From contig NW_025963802.1 in NCBI RefSeq assembly GCF_023055435.1, forward strand, positions 26,784,001 to 26,848,000: a DNA stretch of 64,000 nucleotides, read 5' to 3'. This stretch comes from Haliotis rufescens. Lineage: Eukaryota. Under the pieces are notes generated by a model. That model ran no database searches and was not told where the DNA came from. It was given only the letters and a program-made list of their open reading frames with translations. Below, one piece after another: positions 11,502 to 20,499 of this stretch (positions within the stretch are counted from its first letter, which is position 1; each line of letters opens with the position of its first letter). The translations under genes were made by a program, and so were the position numbers.

Positions 11502-12265
11502 TCCTCCTCTTCACCCGAAGAACTTTACAACACGTAAGCTGCAACCGTGATCAAGTGATGTGTCATGTCTGTTTCAGGGAGGCCATAGACTGTACGTGTT
11601 GAACGGATGGACCTCTCACATGGTTGAGGGAGGACCACCTCTTATGGGATTGAAGACAGAAGAGCTTGAAGATGGAAGAGGAAAACGTTGTCGCGTTATT
11701 GATGTTGTTGTTGTTGTTGTTGTTGTAGGGACATGCAAAGCACTCCCTCCTCCATTGACTTTTCGTATTTCCATTGTATCTGGTTGTGATTGGTTTTTTC
11801 ATGATTAAACAGTGATTGATTGAACTGACTCTTTGTGTCTTGATTGACCTCAACTCCAATAGAGTGCCGAACCGAGGGTAGAAGTTGAGTTGAGATGTCG
11901 TTTACGTCGTCTGTCCGTCTGTCTGTCTGTCTGTATGTGCGTCTGTCATGTCCGTGCACACCAAAGTGTAAAATTAAAATAAAAATAGATAAAAGAGAAA
12001 GGCTATGCTTGAAAGATCAGCTGCCTGGTGTCAGTCATTCCAGTACGCATCGATCATCCCCACACCCACCGTGTGCCATGTCATGTCATGGATCATGTCA
12101 TGCCTCATGCCGTGTGTCCGTCAACCCAAACACAGGATGACGTCACGTCATGAGGTGGAGGAGGTGGAAGCTAAGGTCATGACCTTCCGTTGAAGGGAGT
12201 AGGGTGGAGAGTTTCATAAAAGCAGGCGAACCCTCAGACCTTCTTTCAGTGAAGTCACAGTCATC

Positions 12266-12796
12266 ATGGAGCAAAGACGTTCTATGAATGCCATGTCATC
12301 CTCCCGAGATGTCGTCACCGATTCCGAGTGGGTGTGTGAAAAGGCGAGAGAACCAGAAGCGAGAAAACGTCCACTCTTGATGGACGACACACTCTTGATG
12401 GACGACAGGTGTCGACTCGGTGACGTTCTGGAGAGACCTTTTCCTTCTTACACCTTGTGTCATCCTTCTCATCCCCACTATGATTCATTTCAAGAACGTC
12501 TGAGGTCTTTTCAAACGTGGCCTAAACAGATGACCCAGACCCCTTATGACATGGCCATGGCTGGCTATTTCTATCCAGGACGAGGGGACTGTGTGACCTG
12601 TTATTGCTGCGGTGTGGCACTCCGCCAATTGGAAGCCACAGACCAACCCTGGAAAGAACATCTGAAGCACGACAAAGTCCCCTGCGAATACTTGTGCGTG
12701 TTTTGTCCTGATGGAGAAGTGAACGAAAAATACAGACGTTTGGTGTCCCAAGAAGCACGGAAGAGAAGAGTCGAGTGTCTTGTACACCCCAAGTGA
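12266..12796 (+). CDS. Single-BIR-domain IAP-like protein 2 (176 aa)
   Basis: ERLRSFQTWP...MAMAGYFY...DCVTCYCC...DQPWKEHLKH...C; upstream CATAAAAG and TCAGT; ATTAAA at 12949. Confidence 0.9.
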   Translation: MEQRRSMNAMSSSRDVVTDSEWVCEKAREPEARKRPLLMDDTLLMDDRCRLGDVLERPFPSYTLCHPSHPHYDSFQERLRSFQTWPKQMTQTPYDMAMAGYFYPGRGDCVTCYCCGVALRQLEATDQPWKEHLKHDKVPCEYLCVFCPDGEVNEKYRRLVSQEARKRRVECLVHPK

Positions 12797-13013
12797 CAAC
12801 GTTTTTTTGTTTTTTTTCAAAGTGGTCAGACGTTCCTACCCTCGTGGTCACCCCTCGTGGTCACCCCTCGTGTTCACAAAAATCACAGGGATGACCCCCC
12901 TCATCCTGTGACTTTTGTTTTGTTGTGTTGGTTCATGTGATCAGGGGGATTAAATTTGTTTTAAAAACTCATAGTCGTGTTATGTTGTCTGTAGGATGAA
13001 GAAAAAACAAAAC

Positions 13014-13310
13014 AGGATCGAAATGCACACCCCGATAAAAACCGGATCGAAATCGGACCAATCGGAAGCCTGGGTAGTCGACCAATCAGAGACCGCGCTC
13101 GGACCAGGCGGGGCTCTGATTGGCCGAACCGGGGTTGTGCTTTCTCTCCCATGGTAAAATCCATTTCCTATGGAAAAGAAACACAGGGGTCGGTCCGTTT
13201 TGGAAAACCGAGGTGCAGGCCGGGCCCCGGAACGAACCAATCGGGGGAGCTGCCTGGGGAACCAATCAGGAAGCAGGGTGTCAGTGCCTCTCCTATAAAA
13301 ACAAAACAAG
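13014..13310 (+). promoter_or_regulatory. Promoter cassette copy E
   Basis: Near-inverse copy of B; CCAAT boxes and CTCCTATAAAAAC just upstream of ATG 13340. Confidence 0.78.
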
Positions 13311-13339
13311 AGCGAAGCCACTCACACACACTGCATTCT

Positions 13340-13969
13340 ATGAAACCCATCATGTCAGCTCGATACAGTTGTATGAAGTGCCAGACCGACAGTCACAGTT
13401 ACCTGTACTGCCCTGAAGTGACATGCCTCCAGTGTCACGATCAAGGTCACCGTCACTATGTCTGTCCGAAGCTGAGCAGTCTAGAGATGCAGGAGAAGCA
13501 GAACCTGGCCCCCTGTTACAACTGTGAAGCCCTGGGTCATTTCGCTGCAGATTGCCCAGAACCCCGTCGAAAGAAGACTCCCCATCGCCTGGACCGCTGT
13601 TACAACTGTCGAGCCCTGGGCCATTTCGCTGCAGATTGCCCAGAACCCAGTCGAAAGAAAACGTTAGCAACACCGTCCACGTCGACACCCGTGGCATCCG
13701 TGGCAACCGTGACCCCCGTGACCCCCGTGACCCCCGTGGCACCCGTGACACATGTCCTTCATCTCATCGAAGACATGCATGTCGATGTCCTCGACCTAAA
13801 AGAATGCCTCACACAACTCCGTGTAGGCATCACACCTCGTGTAGAGAAAAGAAAACGGAACAGAAGCCCCTCACGAAAACACGTTTCAAAGCGTCGACGA
13901 CACCTTCCGTCCGAGGATGAGATGGAAGTAGAGGATGGAGAAGTTAGATCATCTGAACAAAGTGACTAA
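13340..13969 (+). CDS. CCHC zinc-knuckle protein (4 knuckles) with bipartite NLS-like tail
   Basis: CMKCQTDSHSYLYC, CLQCHDQGHRHYVC, CYNCEALGHFAADC, CYNCRALGHFAADC. The start is placed after the TATA box, not at 13151, which lies inside the promoter cassette. Confidence 0.85.
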   Translation: MKPIMSARYSCMKCQTDSHSYLYCPEVTCLQCHDQGHRHYVCPKLSSLEMQEKQNLAPCYNCEALGHFAADCPEPRRKKTPHRLDRCYNCRALGHFAADCPEPSRKKTLATPSTSTPVASVATVTPVTPVTPVAPVTHVLHLIEDMHVDVLDLKECLTQLRVGITPRVEKRKRNRSPSRKHVSKRRRHLPSEDEMEVEDGEVRSSEQSD

Positions 13970-14106
13970 CGCATGGGCCATGCTGCCCCACTGTTTTTAC
14001 CCGTTTCCCATCGTTTGCAGTTTTTCCAGTGTTCCAGTGTTCCAGTGTTCCTGCCGTTTCCTGTCGTTTCCAGTTTCCAGTTTGTTTTCCAACGGCCCTT
14101 TTCATC

Positions 14107-14665
14107 TCTCCCGAAAGACAGCTTTTCCTCCTTTGCTTTGACGACGCTCCAATCCACCCTCCACCACACCGTGAACCCACCCCTCCTCCTCCTCCTCCCT
14201 CCCCTCCCTCCCTCCCCCCTCCCTCCCTCCCTTCACCCCCACCGCCTTTTCTATTTCTATTTTTAGAACCACACCACAACAACAACCCTGTCGATCTTGT
14301 TCACCTTGTACGTGCGCTTCTCCGGGTTTTTCCCCATTCATCTCCTCCCCGGAAACGGAGGCGACGCCCTCTTGGAGGCGCACGCCACCGGACACGGAGG
14401 CGACGCCATCTTGAAGGCGCACGCCACCGGACACGGAGGCGACGCCATCTTGAAGGCGCGCGCCACCGGACACGGATGCGACGCCATCTTGGATGCGCGC
14501 GCCACCGGAAACGGATGGGACGCCATCTTGGATGCGCACGCAAGTCCCATCATGCCCCGCGCGCATGCGCAGGTCACGTGACCGGATGTGACGTCACAGA
14601 GGTCACGTGATCCTCTCGACCAATCAGAAGCCAGGAGCGGTTCTCGGGTAATGTACACAACTACT
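14107..14665 (+). repeat. Right TIR (~560 bp)
   Basis: Inverted match to 2999-3186; ends ACTACT; contains E-boxes (CACGTG), a CRE (TGACGTCA) and a CCAAT box near the tip. Confidence 0.88.
14351..14541 (+). repeat. Five 39-bp tandem repeats inside the TIR, four with a YY1-type site
   Basis: Unit GGACACGGAGGCGACGCCATCTTGAAGGCGCACGCCACC; CGCCATCTTG matches the YY1 consensus. Confidence 0.85.
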
Positions 14666-15709
14666 AACACTAAACCAGTAAATGCCCCCATTGCAACTTA
14701 AAAGAAACGCCTGAACTAATGGGCATGGCCTCAGCCCTCCATAATCAAGAATCCAAAAACCACAAAAAAAACCTAATACTTACCGACTACCTAAGTGGAC
14801 TGCAAGCCCTCCAAAACAAAAATACCAAAAACCGGCCTAAATTAATAAATCAAATACTTAAAAGCTCCAACGACCTAACTAACGCAGGCAAACAAATAAC
14901 CTTCTTGTGGATACCCGCCCACGTAGGAATATACGGTAATGAAAACGCCGATAAGGCAGCTAAACTATCCCTCAAAATCCCAGAAATAAGCTTAAACTTA
15001 CCCATCTCAAAATCAGAAATTAAAAGCGTTAACAAGCAAAAAATCACAAAAAATGGCATAATCTATATCTAAACTCAAATAGCCAAATCAAAAAAGTGCT
15101 CAGCAAACCACTAACCAGACCAAAAATTCTCCATCCATCAAAACAAATCGACAGAGTAATCACTAAACTCCAAACAGGACACACCAACCTAAATAACCAC
15201 CTAAAAAATTTAAAAAACACACTACAGGTAACTGCCCACACTGTAAACAACTAGAAACCCCAGAACACGCACTCATCCACTGCACACACTACCTTACACA
15301 TAGAACCGCATTACAAAACCACCCTCAATCTAAACAAGGCTCTCACTCTAGAAGCAATACTAAACCCACAAAATAAACTAGAAAACTTCAAGGCCTTAGG
15401 CGTATTCTTAATCAAAACGGAACTAATAAAACGCATCTAAAAACACAATAACCTACCAAATCAAAATTACATAAACACACAAACATCCACCATACCCAGC
15501 TCCCTTAGTTCTCCTCCCCTACCCCATCGGCATCTATTCCAAATCTCAAAATTCCCAAATTCTATATAAGCATCCCCTTAACCCCCCTCTTGGGTTGCAC
15601 AGACCACTTTCGCCCCTTTCGGAAACACATTAAATGGCCTGGCCGGGCCCGTGTGCGAAATACGCATCAGTCGGAAAGCGCACGTTAAATCTCCAAAGTA
15701 AGTAAGTAA
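14666..15709 (+). mobile_element. 3' part of an RNase H-bearing non-LTR retrotransposon (I/Nimb-like), the insertion target of the Polinton-like element
   Basis: ILTDYLSGLQAL...FLWIPAHVGIYGNENADKAAK is RNase H; downstream frameshifted TGH...CPHC...ETPEH...C motif; (GTAA)n tail at ~15698-15709. Confidence 0.85.
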
Positions 15710-15717
15710 CAATTTGA

Positions 15718-16762
15718 CTCATCTCGGCTTGGACACTCGCCCCGCGCAGACGTGTCCTTCCTTGCTCGCAACCCAAGCCCTTACCATGAGAGATATCGCT
15801 CTATCTCTTCCGAGGGAGTTAGTTGCCATCCTTGCTGGCTTTCAGGGTTGGGAACGACTCCCTCCGGACTTCCAACAAGTCCAACTCCTCTACCCTCTCC
15901 ATCTCTGGTCAAAGCTCCGGCCAAAACCAAGCCTAAGGTGAAGAAGACCCCGGCCCCTACCCCTGCTGCACCACGCCCGGTACAGAAGGCCAGGCTGCCC
16001 AAAGTGAAGAAGGCTCCACCAGTCGCCCCCATGGAGATCCAGGAGAGCCTTCCCACCACCCATCCGCCCACGACAGCTGCACTGGAACTCGCTCCCCTCG
16101 AATCCAGAGGGGAGGAGCCCTTTCGCACGCCGGAAGGGACTGGCCACGGAAGGAAGAAGAGGAAGAGGAGAAGTATCTTCTCCCCCGACTCTCCACCCCT
16201 CCCATCACCACCACCCAGCAAGACCACGGAAACCCAGACCGCCACACCACCAGGCCCGTCCCTCAACTCCAGCCAAGTCCAGACTGACCCAGTCCCGGAT
16301 CAAGAGGTTGAGGTAGACGACCGTGTCCACCTTGCAGAACAGGCAGATCTCATACTGGAGCAGCACAAGGTACACCCTAACCCCTGCTACCAGCATGAGA
16401 ACGGAAGTTCGACCTAGCCAGGAGGCTCCTGGCTGGGCAGAAACAGTAACTTCCTTGCCACCTCAGCTCGCCAGCCGACGCCGTGCCTTCCCACGCAAAA
16501 CCCTCCCCCACCCCCCCAAGCCCAACTTTTCCACTTTATTATTACTTTTTTACAGACCCCTCCCCCACCAAGCCAAACCCACCCCCCTAGTTTAACTTTT
16601 TTAGGTTTACTTCATTTACATTTTTTGGGGTCGCACTTCTTATTTATTCATTACGCTTTTTTTCCTATTTAGTATAAGTGCTTCCCCGTGTGCGAGATAC
16701 GCTAAATGTAATTTATTACACGCGGAAAGCTCACGTTAAATCCCCGAACGAACGAACGAACG
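15718..16762 (+). mobile_element. Non-autonomous retroposed element with a Pro/Lys-rich ORF1-like remnant and the same 3' end as the adjacent LINE
   Basis: Flanked by direct repeat AACAATTTGA (15708-15717 and 16763-16772); 3' motif CCCGTGTGCGA...CGGAAAGC.CACGTTAAATC shared with 15648-15692; (GAAC)n tail. Confidence 0.65.
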
Positions 16763-17570
16763 AACAATTTGATGTTCATACGTTTTTCACGAGACCGTGT
16801 TCTTGAAATGACGTAAACACTGACGGACTACTTCAACATTCCTGGGGAAACCCCTGGGAATTCCCTACCACGAAAACATACATAAACGTTCTTTCTGATC
16901 ATTTAGAACCTTAACTCTTGGTCTCAGCGTGTCAGTATACGTTGAGAAATGTCAGAGAGCGTGACTGCATGATTGTTCACGAATATCCTCGCTGCGGCCT
17001 ATCCTAATGAACAAACGAAGAAATGCACATCTAAACTATCGTAGTATCGACTCGATCCGTGATTAGGTTGACATTGACCGTCTCCAGCAATCTATGAATT
17101 TACCTTAGTGTCTGTTTGGCGCATCTTTATTCACCTTTCAATGATCGGCCAGTTGATCAATGATGACTAACACATCTAACCGCCACAGGTTCATTAACAA
17201 CTTCGGAAATCTCTCCCGTCACGCGTTTATCGTGTCGGCCATTTTGACGTCTTGTACTTGATGCATATGTATTATGACGCGCTGTCATTGTGACTGACTT
17301 ACTGAGGTAGTTCTTTACAGACCTTTCTCATCTAATGAGGATATGATTTGAATACATGTGCTGCGTAGGATGTTTCTGAAGAGCAAGTTGTGCATCCATA
17401 CGCCCATGTCACCTCTCTTTTTGAGGAACTATTTTACACCGCGATGTAGCTGGTTGTTGTATGGCTGTCAGTGTAAACATGAAGTCACGCGTACTAAACA
17501 AAAAAATTAAATTGTGTTTAGATCTTGGCCTACATCCTTTGGGGTAAGACATTGTGATAAAAACATTATA

Positions 17571-17728
17571 AAATTTACTTTCACTTTGTGTGAGTTCATT
17601 GGAGTATGAACCTTCATAGAGTGAGGGCCAAACATTGTAGGAACGTTGTCGCAAGCTCCGCCGTTAATTGGCCCTCATTCTATGAAGCTTCATACTCCAA
17701 TGAACTCACACAAAGTGAAGGTCAATTC
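17571..17728. repeat. Inverted repeat (~60-bp arms), MITE/hairpin-like
   Basis: TTCACTTTGTGTGAGTTCATTGGAGTATGAA...GAGGGCCAA versus TTGGCCCTC...TTCATACTCCAATGAACTCACACAAAGTGAA. Confidence 0.8.
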
Positions 17729-17739
17729 TTAAATGTACA

Positions 17740-18587
17740 AAGCTATACAAATGTAGTTAACAAATTGAAGCGAGATAAATGTGCATGAAGCCAGTTTAAA
17801 ATACGAACAGGTATATAAAACATGGTCGACTGGTATGTAAAGAAGAAAGCATGGATGACTTCATTAATATTCAAAGCCTGGCTACTGATCTTGGATCGGC
17901 AAATGCGATTGGAGCGACGCCACGTGGTATTGCTGTTGGAAAACGCCCCATCCCATGCTACTGTCGACACAACTAATGTAAAGGTCACTTTTTGCCACCA
18001 AACACCACATCGCACTTTCAGCCACTAGATGCACGAATCATAAAGAATTTCAAGCTTTATTATAAGAAACAGCAAATGAAATTACACCTGGACAATGTTG
18101 ATGCTGAAGAACCACAAGCCCTAGACGTCAAGCGAACAGGGGACTTTGAGAAATGTGCCTTCAAAATGTGAGAAACAGAAAACACTGACAGACTATTTTA
18201 AGTAGATGAAGCAAGTTGTTAAGACAGTAGCACTTGCATTTACACGAGGAAACGTGTGTGGTTGATGTGATATTTTCAGTGAGTAATGTCTCTATTGTTA
18301 CGTATAAATGGGAAAATTATTATTATTATTGCAATGTCATTAATTATAAATTAAGGAATGAATGAATAAACAACATAACAATATAAATATTTAGTTTTTA
18401 ATGATTTTATTACGATATAAATATTTCGTTTTTAATGATTTTATTACAAGGTACACACGGTTATTATCTATCGTGAAGATGTCCGATTTTCGATCACAAA
18501 TCACTTAATTTCGTTAATCCGACATACTCGTTAATCCGACACAAGCATGTGCAACCAACGATGTCGGATTAACGAGACTTGACTGTA
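17740..18587 (+). mobile_element. Decayed pogo/Tigger-family DNA transposon (DDE fragment plus right TIR)
   Basis: KKAWMTSLIFKAWL...VLLLENAPSH...NVKVTF followed by a frameshifted QPLD; terminus GTCGGATTAACGAGACTTGACTG|TA. Confidence 0.8.
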
Positions 18588-18849
18588 CGCACATGTCGGA
18601 AAGCGCACGTTAAATTCCTAATTTAAGTTAGTAAGTCAATCAGAGAGACGCGGCAGAGATCGATTTGTGTAAGTGACAGGGCGGGTCTCCACACCCGGGA
18701 ACATTGGCCACTTAGTCCCTGCGTTATGTCACATTATTATCAACCTGTACCATTTCGACATGCAACAATAAACATGGCTGCTGTCGTCTTAAACTTCACC
18801 CCTGAGTTTCGTCTTCCGTCCCCACCATGAGCTACCGAAACGTACGCCC

Positions 18850-19060
18850 TTAGACAATATGTAAAGCCAATTCATTTCTTTTAGCGCCTGAAATTGTTTG
18901 CTGTAATGTCATAGGAACATTTTTGGGGGGCGAGACGGAGGCGATTCCATTAAAAAACCACCATCGGCTGTAATAAAACGACTTGTGTTTCGTATCTGGA
19001 TGGAGTGGTATTTGCCAAAAGCCACTAGCACAATCAAGGACACTCAATTGTTGGCATGGC
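18850..19060 (-). mobile_element. Ty3/gypsy reverse transcriptase fragment
   Basis: LSVLDCASGFWQIPLHPDTKHK motif. Confidence 0.7.
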
Positions 19061-19629
19061 TGTCGCCTATATATGGTCACTATTTTTAAAACGTTTTTGA
19101 GGACAAAAGCTCCACGACGTTCAGGGGTTTTGTTATAGTGCAATCTACTTCAATAGATTTCTTTAAAACTTCATTTATTCAAAATACCTAATTGTTTCAA
19201 TGTGTTTCTAAAGTGCACTGAAATTCTATCTTTTTTTCTGTTTAATGTATACAGCAAACATTCAGCGTATCCTTTCCAATCATAACGCCCCTCTGGGCAC
19301 GACCCTCAATACCCTTGTTTATCTATAAATGTCAGGTAATACCTCCTTACATCGCGGGTCCTAACAAATGATCTTTTATTATATAAAAATGCATCATTAT
19401 AGTGCAATTTTCATTGTTTTATTTTTCATCTTTACAGTTATAATGTTTTAGTTAACAGTGAGAACATTTTAACATATTTTCCATAGGTTGAATTTGGAAT
19501 GAATAACAAATCTAAAAATAAAGAAAAAAACCATGACCCTACCCAACACCCGACACCTGAAAATGTTACAACAAAACCTGATAATATGGATGGTCAAAGA
19601 CGCATCTAGAAACATCTAAAGTCATCTTC

Positions 19630-20070
19630 GAAAAAGAAGGCAAACACTGTTCAGCTAGCGAGGTGATGCCTCCGGTTTTCTGATATTCCAAAAGAATCCT
19701 AGCTACTGGTGGACTACCCCACGAAATGTCACACCATTAATGGCAAGCATAATGCTTATCTCCTCAGGCAACTGCATGGTAATATCAAGGCTAAACGTCG
19801 TGGATAACTGACTAAAGGTGTGGTGTTTCACTGACAATTCACTTGTGCACAAGTCTGTAGTCACCATGGCTGCAATGCATGACGCTGGCCTTGAACTCAT
19901 TGAACATCCGCTCCATTCACCATATTTGACACGGTCAGATTTCCACCTCTTCCCAAACTGAAAGAAAGAACTTCCTGGCAAGCACTATGCAACCGATGAT
20001 GAGGGCATTCCTACCGCGGGGTACTTTTTACGCCACCAGAAGGAAGTCTTCTACACCGTACAGTAGGATC
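19630..20070 (+). mobile_element. Decayed mariner (D,D34D) transposase fragment
   Basis: Plus-strand frames give KRRG.LTKGVVFH..., ELIEHPLHSPYLTRSDFHLFPKLKKEL, a degenerate HPPYSPDLAPSDF. Confidence 0.8.
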
Positions 20071-20499
20071 CAGGCACTCCACCCACCCAGTCATAGCAGG
20101 TACGCTGGGAGCTTGTCAGTCACAACACCTCCTGTTGGTGTAGCCATTATTTTGTAACTTTGGTCAGACACACAGAACTGTACAGGGACAAATGTTGTTA
20201 CGAGGGTTTGAATGCAGTGTTTGTGGGCGGTGATACGGACATACCTCGACTGCAGGAAAACACAGACCCTAGAGTCTCAACAAATAACCAATGTAAGCTT
20301 GGTAACATCAACTCAATCTTTATTCATAAAGTAGTGGAGGCCATAGGCCCAGTCTACAGTTACATCATTGCTTGAGAGAGTGACAGCATACATACAAAGA
20401 TACATTATTATACACTGTTCACCCAATTGATTGTCTCAGTTGCATTGATTTATATACGAGATTGCAAGATTTGTAACAGTTTCTGGATTGTCTAAAGAC

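Larger units (their letters stand above)
1..14665. mobile_element. Polinton/Maverick-like endogenous element (pPolB, TIRs), left end outside window, partially tandem-duplicated; no integrase or virion genes visible
   Basis: pPolB ORFs; right terminus ...GTACACAACTACT (14665), i.e. 5'-AGTAGT on the other strand, the typical Polinton end; 14107-14293 is the reverse complement of 2999-3186; abrupt switch to A/C-rich LINE sequence at 14666. Confidence 0.9.

Noticed and set aside
13151-13339. N-terminal extension of the zinc-knuckle ORF, and similar ORFs at 106-425, 3509-3754, 5257-5576 and 10018-10311
   Set aside because: These lie inside the repeated promoter cassette, upstream of or across the TATA box, and are not conserved in frame between copies
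14029-14691. ORFs within the right TIR
   Set aside because: Produced by GC-rich 39-bp repeats and purine tracts; no domain signal
14719-15072. RNase H ORF as the element's missing integrase
   Set aside because: Lies outside the TIR terminus and has LINE-type RNase H motifs (WIPAHVGIYGNE.AD), not an rve DDE integrase
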